A stretch of DNA of 64,000 nucleotides from Bacteroidales bacterium (GTDB taxonomy: Bacteria; Bacteroidota; Bacteroidia; Bacteroidales; UBA1715), in the NCBI GenBank assembly GCA_017552705.1, contig JAFZOY010000094.1, positions 21,286-85,285 on the forward strand. The letters run 5' to 3'. This document shows, one piece after another, positions 55,190-64,000 of the stretch (position 1 is its first letter; each line of letters starts with the position of its first letter). The notes under the pieces were generated by a model. It was given only the letters and a program-made list of their open reading frames with translations, was not told the DNA's origin and searched no databases. The position numbers and the translations under genes were made by a program.

Positions 55190-56065
55190 ATGAAAAATGA
55201 AATTGATTCTTGCGCAAAAAGCGAAATAATCTTGTATCAACCCAACGAAACAGTGTCGTTGGAGGTGCGGTTAGACGAGGAAACCGTGTGGCTGACGCAA
55301 CAACAGATTGCGGAATTGTTTGGTGTGAACCAACCTGCAATATCCAAACATTTGCGTAATATATTCAACGAAGGTGAATTACAAGAAAAATCAGTTTATT
55401 CCATTTTGGAATATACTGCAAAAGATGGAAAGAAATACAAGACTCATTTTTATAATCTTGACGCAATATTATCTGTCGGCTATCGTGTCAATTCCCGAAA
55501 TGCCACATTGTTCCGCCAATGGGCAAATAAGGTTCTAAAAGAATACCTGTTGCGCGGATATTCGATAAACCAACGTTTTGAACGATTGGAACAACGTGTA
55601 ACCCAAACAGAAAACAAAATTGATTTCTTCGTCCGTACTTCTTTGCCACCAGTTGAAGGACTGATGCACGAAGGACAGATTTTTGACGCACGTGTTTGTG
55701 TGGAAGACCTTATAAAACAGGCAAAGCGAGAAGTTATTATGATTGACGGCTACGTTGACGCCGCAACATTTGAAATTCTTGACGTCCGGCAGAAAGGAGT
55801 TTCGGCAACGATTTACACGGAACGGATTGGTGAGTCTTTATTGAGAGTCAAGGAATTGCACGATTCGCAATATCCCGACAAAATAATCCGATTAGAAAAA
55901 TACGCAGAAAATTTCCACGACCGTTTTCTCATAATTGACGACGTGGTCTATCATTTCGGAGCAAGTTTCAAAGATTTGGGCAATCGCCTGTTTGCATTTA
56001 ACAAAATGGGATTGGATAAGAATCTGATTCTTTTGGCAGTGAAAGATAAATTTAAGAAACGGTAG
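55190..56065 (+). CDS. RhuM family (virulence-associated) protein with additional C-terminal domain
   Basis: 'VWLTQQQIAELFGVNQPAISKHLRNIFNEGEL...YNLDAILSVGYRVNSRNATLFRQWANKVLKEYLLRGY' is the RhuM core. The C-terminal part carries 'HDRFLIIDDVVYHFGASFKDLG'. Confidence 0.8.
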   Translation: MKNEIDSCAKSEIILYQPNETVSLEVRLDEETVWLTQQQIAELFGVNQPAISKHLRNIFNEGELQEKSVYSILEYTAKDGKKYKTHFYNLDAILSVGYRVNSRNATLFRQWANKVLKEYLLRGYSINQRFERLEQRVTQTENKIDFFVRTSLPPVEGLMHEGQIFDARVCVEDLIKQAKREVIMIDGYVDAATFEILDVRQKGVSATIYTERIGESLLRVKELHDSQYPDKIIRLEKYAENFHDRFLIIDDVVYHFGASFKDLGNRLFAFNKMGLDKNLILLAVKDKFKKR

Positions 56066-56190
56066 GTGTTTCGGGAGGCACAACATTACCTTATATTCAT
56101 CTAAAAACGTTGTTGTACGTACCTTACGGCACAGTCTGATTGTGCATTATGAATTATGCATTGTTAATGCCTATAACGCAGAAATTTGAT

Positions 56191-56198
56191 TACCTTTG
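56191..56198 (+). promoter_or_regulatory. Candidate -7 promoter box for topB
   Basis: TACCTTTG (TAnnTTTG) lies 24 nt upstream of ATG 56222, inside the right end of the putative island. Confidence 0.4.
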
Positions 56199-56221
56199 TA
56201 GAACGAAAATTATTTGTAATT

Positions 56222-56245
56222 ATGATAGTCTGTATTGCTGAAAAA
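56222..56245 (+). repeat. Right copy of the 24-bp direct repeat (true topB start, putative attR core)
   Basis: atgatagtctgTattgctgaaaaa matches 44820-44843 at 23/24 positions, in the same orientation. Confidence 0.85.
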
Positions 56246-58249
56246 CCGAGTGTTGCGAAAGATATTGCCCACGTTTTGGGGGCTAACACAAGCCATGACG
56301 GGTACTTGGAAGGCAACGGCTATCAGGTAACGTGGACGTTTGGTCACCTTTGCACATTGAAGGAACCTCACGACTACACTGATTTGTGGAAATCGTGGTC
56401 GCTTTCGCGATTGCCCATGATTCCTTCGCAATTTGGCATAAAGTTGATTGATGACAAGGGAATAGCCAAACAATTCCATACGATAGAAACGTTGATGAAG
56501 CATGCCGACAAGATTATAAATTGCGGTGATGCCGGTCAAGAAGGGGAACTGATTCAGCGGTGGGTGATGCAGAAAGCCGGAGCAAAGTGTCCCGTGGAAC
56601 GGCTTTGGATTTCCTCACTGACCGAAGATGCTATAAAAGACGGTTTTAATAACCTAAAACCTCAGGATAATTATCAATCGTTGTACGAGGCAGGCTTGGT
56701 ACGTGCGATTGGTGATTGGCTTCTGGGAATGAATGCCACACGACTCTATACGCTGAAATATGGACAAAACAAACAGGTTTTGTCTATTGGTCGGGTGCAA
56801 ACTCCCACATTGGCAATGATAGTCAATCGTCAGCAACAGATTGAGAATTTCACGCCTGAACAATATTGGGTGTTGTCAACGGTGTATCGTGAAACGACGT
56901 TTACGGCAACGTCGGGAAAATTTTCTTCGCAGGAAGAGGGACAAAAGATTTTGGAAGAGATACAAGACGGGTTGTTCACCGTGACCGACGTATCGGAGAA
57001 AAAAGGCACGGAAGCTCCGCCACGCTTGTTCGACTTGACTTCGTTGCAGGTGGAGTGTAACAAGAAATTCTCGTTTTCGGCTGACCAGACCTTACAGTTG
57101 ATTCAAAGTTTGTACGAAAAGAAATTTACGACCTATCCGCGTGTTGATACAACATATTTGAGCGACGATATTTATCCGAAATGTTCCAATATAATGGGAG
57201 GATTGGCTGGCGTGCCGTCATACCTGCCGCTGTTGGAACCGTTTAAGGGTAAAAGTCTACCCAAAAGCAAAAAAGTGTTCGATTCGTCAAAAGTGACCGA
57301 CCACCACGCAATTATTCCGACAGGCGTCACGCCTCAAGGCTTGTCACAAAACGAGGAGCGAGTGTTTGACCTTGTTGCGAAACGATTTATCGCAGTGTTT
57401 TATCCCGATTGTCAGTTTGCTACGACTACGGTTTTGGGCAAGGTTGGAGACTACGAATTCAAAGCGACGGGTAAACAGATTCTGAAACCAGGCTGGCGTG
57501 TCGTTTTTGGAAATGTTAGTCAAGATGACGAAGACAAGAAAGATGAGGAAAAAACGCTTCCGTCGTTTACCAAAGGTGAATCGGGACCACATAAGCCTGA
57601 ACTTGCCGAAAAATGGACGCAACCACCAAAACCTTATACCGAAGCGACTTTGCTGCGAGCTATGGAAACTGCGGGAAAAATGGTTGATGACGACGAATTG
57701 CGTGACGCGTTGAAAGAAAACGGTATCGGACGTCCTTCCACGCGTGCTGCGATTATTGAGACATTGTTCAAACGACGTTATATCATAAAAGACAAAAAGA
57801 ACCTGATAGCAACTCCGACGGGTGTGGAACTGATAAACCTTATTTATGAGGAATCGCTCAAAAGTGCCGAATTGACGGGAAAATGGGAAAAGAAACTGCG
57901 TGAGATAGAACAAAAGAAATATTCGGCAAAACAATTCCTCGATGAGTTGAAAGTAATGGTTTCGGAGATTGTCACTACTGTATTGCGTGACAACACCAAT
58001 CGTCGCGTGGCAATTACGGAAGAAGTGAAAAAAGAGAATGCCAAAAAGGAAAAGGGAGAAAAGAAACCGTCAAAACCCCGTCAGTCAAAGAAAAAAGAAG
58101 AAAAAGCAACTACTGCGTTAGTCGCTGACGATTCCATAATCGGTAAACCGTGTCCGACATGTGGAAAAGGGCAAATCATAAAAGGTAAGACGGCGTATGG
58201 CTGTTCGGAATGGAAATCAGGTTGTGCGTTCCGCTTACCGTTTGCTTAG
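56222..58249 (+). CDS. topB: DNA topoisomerase III (type IA)
   Basis: Toprim start 'MIVCIAEKPSVAKDIA', 'GDAGQEGELIQRW', active-site Tyr region 'TYPRVDTTYLS' and a C-terminal Zn-ribbon 'CPTCGKG..CSEWKSGC'. Start set to ATG 56222 (675 aa). Confidence 0.93.
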   Translation: MIVCIAEKPSVAKDIAHVLGANTSHDGYLEGNGYQVTWTFGHLCTLKEPHDYTDLWKSWSLSRLPMIPSQFGIKLIDDKGIAKQFHTIETLMKHADKIINCGDAGQEGELIQRWVMQKAGAKCPVERLWISSLTEDAIKDGFNNLKPQDNYQSLYEAGLVRAIGDWLLGMNATRLYTLKYGQNKQVLSIGRVQTPTLAMIVNRQQQIENFTPEQYWVLSTVYRETTFTATSGKFSSQEEGQKILEEIQDGLFTVTDVSEKKGTEAPPRLFDLTSLQVECNKKFSFSADQTLQLIQSLYEKKFTTYPRVDTTYLSDDIYPKCSNIMGGLAGVPSYLPLLEPFKGKSLPKSKKVFDSSKVTDHHAIIPTGVTPQGLSQNEERVFDLVAKRFIAVFYPDCQFATTTVLGKVGDYEFKATGKQILKPGWRVVFGNVSQDDEDKKDEEKTLPSFTKGESGPHKPELAEKWTQPPKPYTEATLLRAMETAGKMVDDDELRDALKENGIGRPSTRAAIIETLFKRRYIIKDKKNLIATPTGVELINLIYEESLKSAELTGKWEKKLREIEQKKYSAKQFLDELKVMVSEIVTTVLRDNTNRRVAITEEVKKENAKKEKGEKKPSKPRQSKKKEEKATTALVADDSIIGKPCPTCGKGQIIKGKTAYGCSEWKSGCAFRLPFA

Positions 58250-58962
58250 TGTTTTTTCTTTGTATTGTAGGTGCGGAGTTCGTAAATATGACAAGGAATC
58301 TTTGAGTCGCTAAAGTTCCACATCACAGAAAGTCCAAGTAGTGAAAACCAGTCGTTCGTGCGTTGAAACGAAATCTGTTTGTATTGTTGGTAGCCGTCAA
58401 TTGGCGAGTCGGCAAGTTGGTCGAGGCGATCGGTGAATGTTTTTCTGAACGTCCATTCCAACCGTAATTCCATACGAGGTAACACTTTGTATTTAAGCCC
58501 AATGCCCATAGGAATGTCGAAAACTTCGTAGAACTTTGAATTTTCCATATACAAACCACCTAAACCAAAAGTGACGAATGGAGAAAAATTGTGTGTTTTT
58601 TTGTCTTCAGTTATTTCAAAGAAATTAAATTCAACCCCGCACGATAGTTCAATGATTTTAGTGTTGTCGAAATAATAATTTCGGCTGGTTTGGTATGCGT
58701 TGTTGAAATCAGTATCCTCTGCTTTTAAATTGCCCAGTGTGGCACAAACCCGAAGGGAGTAGTGGGGATTGAAGTTCTTTTTGAAAATTCCTGCTATTGC
58801 TGGTTGCGGTGAGTAATAGGGGCGAGTCATATTGATATCGCCATTGTATTGAGTTGTGCCAAGCAGAAACCCAACATCAAAATCTTTATGTTGTGCCAAA
58901 GCGTTTGTATTACAGAAAAATACAAGCACAAATAGAAGTGGGCATATTTTGATGATTTTCAT
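58246..58962 (-). CDS. Outer-membrane beta-barrel protein (DUF6089-like)
   Basis: Signal peptide (NTNALAQ), then 'FDVGFLLGTTQYNGDIN' and alternating strands. Start set to ATG 58962 (MKIIKI). Family name from memory. Confidence 0.7.
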   Translation of the reverse strand: MKIIKICPLLFVLVFFCNTNALAQHKDFDVGFLLGTTQYNGDINMTRPYYSPQPAIAGIFKKNFNPHYSLRVCATLGNLKAEDTDFNNAYQTSRNYYFDNTKIIELSCGVEFNFFEITEDKKTHNFSPFVTFGLGGLYMENSKFYEVFDIPMGIGLKYKVLPRMELRLEWTFRKTFTDRLDQLADSPIDGYQQYKQISFQRTNDWFSLLGLSVMWNFSDSKIPCHIYELRTYNTKKKH

Positions 58963-59023
58963 TGTATTATGACACAATTTTTAGGAAAACGATAAAATGT
59001 CATAATTAGTATAAAGAAGATGG

Positions 59024-59971
59024 TTATTTTCTAAACGAAGGCCAACCTTCTTTTGTCTGTTTCATTTTATAGTGGGCAGAAAACATCAGAAACATATAAA
59101 AATCTCTATCGTTCGGGTCACCACGTTGTTCATTATAGTAATGGTATGGACCGTTATTTTCATAGCAGTGTCCAACATAATTTGGATCAGCCGCCAATTT
59201 CGCTGATGTACTTGGAACCTCTTTTGGTGCATGCTGTGCAACTAAGTCAGGGTTTGCGTATGTTGTACTCACATCATCCAAATAGTCGGTGAACAAGAAC
59301 CTCAAACCAGCTTCAGCCGAGATAGTCCATCGTTTGTTTACCGTATATTTTGCAATAAGTCCAAGAGGAATACAAACTTGGTACAACGAATATGGTTTTC
59401 GTGTCGCAATATAGTTTTGTCCCTCAGTACCAATAGGTTGCAAAGCCACCCATTTACCTTCCAATTTAGCTTTCGGATTGAAGTGATATACACCAATACC
59501 TACAAAACAATAGGTTGACACTGTTCTACCACGTTGTCCGCGCACACCACGAAGGTCGTAGATGTGACCGCCACGTTCTTTTCGGATTTTATAATCCAAT
59601 CTAAAACTAATTTCTTGAATTGGCGTTCTGAATGAAAGTTCACGGTCGGAACGGAAATATTCAGTTGTTTTGTTGTCGTTTCCATACAACATACCGGTAG
59701 TAAAGGCAACTTGCCAAGAAACACGTTCACGGAATGTTTTGCGTAGTCCTACAGTACCACCGAAACGTGTTGAAAGAAAGTCCAAATCGACGATGGAGTT
59801 CCGTCCTACACCTGGACCACCACCTAATTCTCCAAGCATAAACGATGGACCGAAGCCACCGATAAGTTCATACGGATAGGTTTTCCACATTTTATCTTGT
59901 CCCAATGCGAGTGACGAGGACATGATAATTACCGCAATAGTTGATATTATTTTGCTCTTGACTCCCTGCAT
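59024..59971 (-). CDS. Outer-membrane beta-barrel protein (DUF6089-like, second copy)
   Basis: Signal peptide (SLALGQD), then 'YELIGGFGPSFMLGELGG' and a barrel-like strand pattern. Adjacent to the previous similar gene and nadK. Confidence 0.7.
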   Translation of the reverse strand: MQGVKSKIISTIAVIIMSSSLALGQDKMWKTYPYELIGGFGPSFMLGELGGGPGVGRNSIVDLDFLSTRFGGTVGLRKTFRERVSWQVAFTTGMLYGNDNKTTEYFRSDRELSFRTPIQEISFRLDYKIRKERGGHIYDLRGVRGQRGRTVSTYCFVGIGVYHFNPKAKLEGKWVALQPIGTEGQNYIATRKPYSLYQVCIPLGLIAKYTVNKRWTISAEAGLRFLFTDYLDDVSTTYANPDLVAQHAPKEVPSTSAKLAADPNYVGHCYENNGPYHYYNEQRGDPNDRDFYMFLMFSAHYKMKQTKEGWPSFRK

Positions 59972-60027
59972 ACAACAATTTAATATGCAAATATACTATT
60001 TTCTTTGTAATTCCGTACCATAAATTG

Positions 60028-60900
60028 CTATTTTCTTATGTCCATGCCGAGGTTTAGTTTTTCCCGTAGGGTTCCGAAAAAGTTTTTGGAGTGGAATTCT
60101 ATGGTCGAAATCGTGTGTTTTGATTTCTTGATATGTATGGTCGGATTATGCTTAACTGTCTGACTGATATAGTCGTTTGAGATTAAAAAGTCAGTGTAGT
60201 CACCTGTTGCTTCGATAGTTATTTTTTTATCGTCGGGGATAATGATTGGACGAATGTTTAATGTATGCGGAGCGATAGGTGTTATTATAAATGAATGATT
60301 GTCGGGGGTAAGGATGGGGGATCCTAAACTCAGCGAATAGCCTGTGGAACCCGTTGGAGTGCTGATGGCAACGCCGTCGGCCCAAAACGAGCAGAGAAAA
60401 TCAGTGTCAACAAACACGTTTAATTTGATGAGTTTCACTGCGTTGCTTTTTTGTAATGTGATTTCGTTCAGACCAATGCCAGAGACTTTTTTAGAAGCAT
60501 TCTTGTATGAAAAATCAAGCAACGTTCGTTTTTGTAAGGTGTATTTCTTTTCCTTCAGCAGTTTTATGATACTATCGATGTCGTTGGGATTTGTTTGTGC
60601 AAGGAATCCCAATTTCCCGAAATTGATACCTAAAATCGGTATTCTTTTTTTGTAGCAGAGGTGGGCGCATTTCAAAAATGTTCCATCGCCGCCTAAACTG
60701 ATCAGTATGTCGGCATCGGTCTCGTTGAGATCGGTGAAAACATCGGAACTGTTGATACTGTTGCTGTTGGATTGCAGTTGTTCTTTGAAATTTGTATGGA
60801 GTATCGGTTTAAATCCCGCGGTGATGAAGCTATGAATAACCTCTTCAACCTTCTGTTTGTAGTCCGATGAGATATTTGTCCCGAAAATTGCTATCTTCAT
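60028..60900 (-). CDS. nadK: NAD kinase
   Basis: 'ILISLGGDGTFL' and 'DGVAISTPTGSTGYSLSLGSPIL' are NAD kinase signatures. 290 aa. Confidence 0.95.
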   Translation of the reverse strand: MKIAIFGTNISSDYKQKVEEVIHSFITAGFKPILHTNFKEQLQSNSNSINSSDVFTDLNETDADILISLGGDGTFLKCAHLCYKKRIPILGINFGKLGFLAQTNPNDIDSIIKLLKEKKYTLQKRTLLDFSYKNASKKVSGIGLNEITLQKSNAVKLIKLNVFVDTDFLCSFWADGVAISTPTGSTGYSLSLGSPILTPDNHSFIITPIAPHTLNIRPIIIPDDKKITIEATGDYTDFLISNDYISQTVKHNPTIHIKKSKHTISTIEFHSKNFFGTLREKLNLGMDIRK

Positions 60901-60942
60901 AATCGAAAAGTTTTTCTGGGTAAAGATAGCAAAACAAGTGAT

Positions 60943-60969
60943 AAAAAAAAAGACGACCGAAGTCGTCTT
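60943..60969 (-). terminator. Intrinsic terminator after dnaA
   Basis: The minus strand reads AAGACGACttcgGTCGTCTTttttttttt: an 8-bp stem with a tetraloop and a long T-run, 5 nt after the dnaA stop. Confidence 0.9.
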
Positions 60970-60973
60970 TCAA

Positions 60974-62431
60974 TTATTGTAGTTTGAAACGTTTCTCTAA
61001 TTCAAGAATGTAACGTTTGAATCGCTTGTCGGTTTCCATAAGGTTGTTAACCGTTTTGCATGCGTGTAGCACTGTTGCGTGGTCTTTGCCGCCGATTTGC
61101 GAACCAATTGACGCGAGGGAATTTTTCGTGTAGATTTTTGCAAAATACATCGCAACCTGACGTGATTGCACGATTTCCCGTTTTCTTGTTTTTGATTTTA
61201 ACTGGTCGGGTGCAATATTGAAGTAGTCGCACACAGTTTTCTTGATAAATTCGATGGAAATATCTTGTTGAGTGCTTTTTACTAATTTTTCAACAACATC
61301 TTTAGCCAGGTCAAGATTCAATTGTTTTTTGTTGATAGTTGCCTGGGCAAGTATTGAAATCAGCACGCCTTCCAATTCACGAATATTTGATGTGATATGG
61401 TTTGCAATGTATTCCATCACTTCTTCGTCGATTTCTATGCCCTCTTTTTGAACTTTTTGTTTTAGAATCTCAAGACGGGTTTCAAAATTTGGAACGGTCA
61501 ATTCTGCCGACAATCCCCATTTGAAGCGGGATAGAAGTCGTTCGTTCAAACCTTGCATTTCAACAGGAGGACAATCGGATGATAGAATGATTTGTCTTCC
61601 TTTTTGATGTAAGTGGTTGAATATCTGGAAGAATGCGTTTTGCGTTTTTACCTTATCTTTGAATAATTGAACATCGTCAATAATCAACACATCAATGTTT
61701 TGGTAGAAATGTAGGAAATTGTTTATGTTATTTTCTACAACAGTTGCTTGCACGAATTGTCTTTCGAACGTGTCGGCATCAACGTAGAGTACATTCTTTT
61801 TGGGGTATAATTCCTTGATTTCCGAGCCAATAGCTTGGATTAAGTGTGTTTTTCCCAAACCAGATTTTCCATAAATAAGCAATGGATTGTATGTTGATTT
61901 AACAGCATATCGTGCGATAGTTAAACCAGCTGTGCGGGCAAGCTTGTTGCAATCGCCTTCTACAAAGTTGGCGAATGTGTAAGTTGGGTTCAGTTGGGAA
62001 TCAATCACACCTTTTACCCCAGGAAGAATGAATGGATCCTTAATGATATTGGAATTCGGAATATACGTTGGGGCAGGTTGAACGTTTTGAGTAGGTGTAT
62101 TTTTCCCAGTGTGGGTGGTTGTAATAACCTTTCCTGTTTTTTGTTCAGTTTTTACCCATACATTATATTTAAGAGTTACTTTTTGGTTGTAAACTCTATG
62201 TAACACACGACTGAGTAATTCAATGTAGTTCTCTTCCAGATATTCATAATAGAATTCACTGGGTACTTGAATTGTCAGTTGGTTGTTTGATTCTGTCCAA
62301 TCCACAAATTTGATTGGTTCGAACCATGTACGGTAACTTTGTGCTTGGTCAGGGCCCAAAATATCTTTGATAATTGCAAGACATTCAGCCCATTTTTCCT
62401 CGTGTCCCTTCGATGTCTCCTGAATTTCCAT
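60974..62431 (-). CDS. dnaA: Chromosomal replication initiator protein DnaA
   Basis: AAA+ Walker A 'YGKSGLGKTHL', 'LIIDDVQ', sensor regions and the C-terminal DNA-binding 'QVAMYFAK..SLASIGSQIGGKDHATVLHACKTV'. Confidence 0.97.
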   Translation of the reverse strand: MEIQETSKGHEEKWAECLAIIKDILGPDQAQSYRTWFEPIKFVDWTESNNQLTIQVPSEFYYEYLEENYIELLSRVLHRVYNQKVTLKYNVWVKTEQKTGKVITTTHTGKNTPTQNVQPAPTYIPNSNIIKDPFILPGVKGVIDSQLNPTYTFANFVEGDCNKLARTAGLTIARYAVKSTYNPLLIYGKSGLGKTHLIQAIGSEIKELYPKKNVLYVDADTFERQFVQATVVENNINNFLHFYQNIDVLIIDDVQLFKDKVKTQNAFFQIFNHLHQKGRQIILSSDCPPVEMQGLNERLLSRFKWGLSAELTVPNFETRLEILKQKVQKEGIEIDEEVMEYIANHITSNIRELEGVLISILAQATINKKQLNLDLAKDVVEKLVKSTQQDISIEFIKKTVCDYFNIAPDQLKSKTRKREIVQSRQVAMYFAKIYTKNSLASIGSQIGGKDHATVLHACKTVNNLMETDKRFKRYILELEKRFKLQ

Positions 62432-62784
62432 TTTTTTATTTATTATCTCTTTTATTGTTCAACAAAGTTGGTAATAAATTTTCAAAAAAAAATCTTAAAA
62501 TGGCTTGTTTTTTTCGTTTTTTGTATAGGGTGTTGTATTTCAGCATTTTAATTTTTTATAAAAAATGTAGTTTTTGTAAACTATTGAAAATCAATTATTT
62601 AATTCTATCTTATTGATTTATTTGAAGTTGGTGATGTGTGCTTAAATTAAAGATTTCGATAACTGGCTTATAAATCACTTAATGCAAAACTAATGCATAA
62701 TGAATTCGTAAATAAATCATTCATTAGTAGTAATAAACTGATAATTATCATATAATTACGGAAGCACTTTGTGGTCGTGTCCCA

Positions 62785-63777
62785 TTATTCGTTTTTCTCT
62801 TTTTTTTCTTTGGAAGAACCGAAAATTGGGAACGATACGTACCGTTTCGGATGTTTTTGCACATCAATCAAAAGCGAGTTCAATTGATTTGATGCTTGAT
62901 CCAGGTTGTCATACAACGATTTGTCGTTTATCAAAGCGCCGATAGAGCTGTGTCCGCTGTTGATTTGTTGCAATATTTGGTTTAGCTCTGTAACTGCATT
63001 TTCGGTTTTCACGAGAGTTTCCGTAATATTCGCTTTTGATATGGAGTCGGACATGCTCGAAAAGTTCGCAATGATTGCCCCGATTTCGTCGGAATGCTCG
63101 TTGATGTTGGTTGTTATGCCATTAATATTAGCCAAAATATGTTGGATATTTTCGTCGCCGTTTGTCATAATGGTGTCCAATGTTACGCCGGAATGGTGGA
63201 TGGCATCGATTGCACCTTGTAATTTAATGAAGCAACGACGAAGTTCTTCACCGTTGGATTCGTTTACAACGTATTTTATTTGATCGATGGCTACTGCGGC
63301 GCTCTCCAACAATTTTTCGGCTTGAGCTTTCAGCGGAGCAACTTCAATACGTACTTGATCGGTGATTGATGCTTCGATGGAGGAGTTCAGTGTGTCGAAG
63401 TTTTTTACGTAACTGATTGGTTCTTCGAATGTTTCTGGCAAAATGATGTCGATTGCTTTAGAACCCAGCAAGTCGGAACTGAAAATCTTTGCAACGGTTG
63501 TGGTTGGCAGGAATATATCGGAGTTGATGCTCAATTCAACGGTGAGTTGGTCGTATTTCGACGATGTGAAGTAAATGTCTTTCACATGTCCGATTTTGTA
63601 TCCACGGAGGAGTACTGCAGCATTTTTCTGAAGACCTTCAACTTGGCTATACGTAGTATAGTATATGTTTTCTTTGGTGAAAATGTTTTTTCCTTTGCAG
63701 AAGTTTATGCCCCAAATAAGAATACCAGCAATGATAGCTACAAGAAGTCCGATTTTTATTGCTTTGTCTTTTTCCAT
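62785..63777 (-). CDS. MlaD/MCE family protein
   Basis: N-terminal TM (IKIGLLVAIIAGILIW), then an MCE domain ('YYTTYSQVEGLQKNAAVLLRGYKIGHVKDIYF') and a helical C-terminal region. Confidence 0.85.
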   Translation of the reverse strand: MEKDKAIKIGLLVAIIAGILIWGINFCKGKNIFTKENIYYTTYSQVEGLQKNAAVLLRGYKIGHVKDIYFTSSKYDQLTVELSINSDIFLPTTTVAKIFSSDLLGSKAIDIILPETFEEPISYVKNFDTLNSSIEASITDQVRIEVAPLKAQAEKLLESAAVAIDQIKYVVNESNGEELRRCFIKLQGAIDAIHHSGVTLDTIMTNGDENIQHILANINGITTNINEHSDEIGAIIANFSSMSDSISKANITETLVKTENAVTELNQILQQINSGHSSIGALINDKSLYDNLDQASNQLNSLLIDVQKHPKRYVSFPIFGSSKEKKEKNE

Positions 63778-63783
63778 TCCCTA

Positions 63784-64000
63784 TTATTTTGTTTTTTGTC
63801 TTGCTTCCGTTAATTGTAGTTTTTTATTCGTGTTGTCACGAGCGACCACATACGCCGAAGGATATTTACTTTTTACTTCTGGCAAAAGTAGTGTGATTTC
63901 TTTATATGTGGATGTTTTGCCGTAATAATATTTGAACAATCCATCTTCTTCAATGTAGAATACATCTTTTAGTCCGTTGAAATTATCGGGCGTAAGTATC
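63784..64000 (-). CDS. 3' end of a CDS continuing past the right edge (probably N-acetylmuramoyl-L-alanine amidase C-terminal SPOR-like region)
   Basis: The minus-strand frame is open from the edge to TAA (comp. 63784-86): '..DGLFKYYYGKTSTYKEITLLLPEVKSKYPSAYVVARDN..'. It resembles the tail of Bacteroidetes amidases found upstream of mlaD. The product call is tentative. Confidence 0.45.
   Translation of the reverse strand, partial: ILTPDNFNGLKDVFYIEEDGLFKYYYGKTSTYKEITLLLPEVKSKYPSAYVVARDNTNKKLQLTEARQKTK

Larger units (their letters stand above)
44844..56221. mobile_element. Putative integrated genomic island / degenerate integrative element (no recombinase gene detected)
   Basis: Bounded by the 24-bp direct repeats. 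It holds all the clearly non-housekeeping genes of the window (HTH, lipoprotein triad, nuclease-like paralogs, CTD-less primase, LRR proteins, RhuM-like). Parts look AT-richer by eye. Confidence 0.4.

Noticed and set aside
62432-62784. 353-bp AT-rich intergenic region upstream of dnaA, considered as oriC
   Set aside because: Scanning by eye found no TTATCCACA/TGTGGATAA box with one mismatch or fewer. The best is TTTCGATAA at 62654-62662, matching 7/9. An AT-rich promoter region is sufficient explanation. A DnaA-box PWM scan and a GC-skew plot of the whole genome would be needed to call an origin.
1-64000. Search for CRISPR arrays, rRNA genes, IS elements/transposases, integrases and reverse transcriptases (DGR/retron)
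   Set aside because: No regularly spaced direct repeats of CRISPR type, no rRNA-like sequence and no ORF with recombinase, transposase or RT motifs were seen on either strand. The only RNA gene supported is tRNA-Arg(TCT).

Overview
64-kb chromosomal segment that looks like a Bacteroidota (Bacteroidales-like) genome. The evidence is TAnnTTTG -7 promoter boxes, little Shine-Dalgarno signal, a CarboxypepD_reg-type TonB receptor + DUF4249 pair, a uppS-bamA-skp-skp cluster and BspA-type LRR proteins; the taxon call is inference. I support about 57 protein-coding genes, one tRNA-Arg(TCT) and about a dozen intrinsic terminators. I found no rRNA, CRISPR array or recognisable transposase/integrase. 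Most of the window is housekeeping: purL, pgk, gdhA, bamA, uppS, proS, ddl, nadK, dnaA and envelope/LPS genes. The stand-out region is 44.8-56.2 kb. A 24-bp direct repeat equal to the first 8 codons of topoisomerase III (topB) occurs 1 nt after the HAD gene stop (44820) and again at the real topB start (56222). The two copies bracket an ~11.4-kb block of non-housekeeping genes: a ~140-nt long hairpin, a small HTH protein, a three-lipoprotein operon, two paralogous PD-(D/E)xK-like proteins (one with a UVR insert), a DnaG-type primase lacking the helicase-binding C-domain, two signal-less LRR proteins and a RhuM-like protein. I read this as an integrated element or defence-like island with no recombinase gene of its own; this is a hypothesis. 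Other items worth a second look are a predicted pseudokinase + WG-repeat secreted-protein operon, a Tyr/His/Ser low-complexity lipoprotein paired with a FadL-like barrel, and a B12-radical-SAM / small peptide / methyltransferase locus. All functional calls come from motif recognition by eye. No searches or computations were run.
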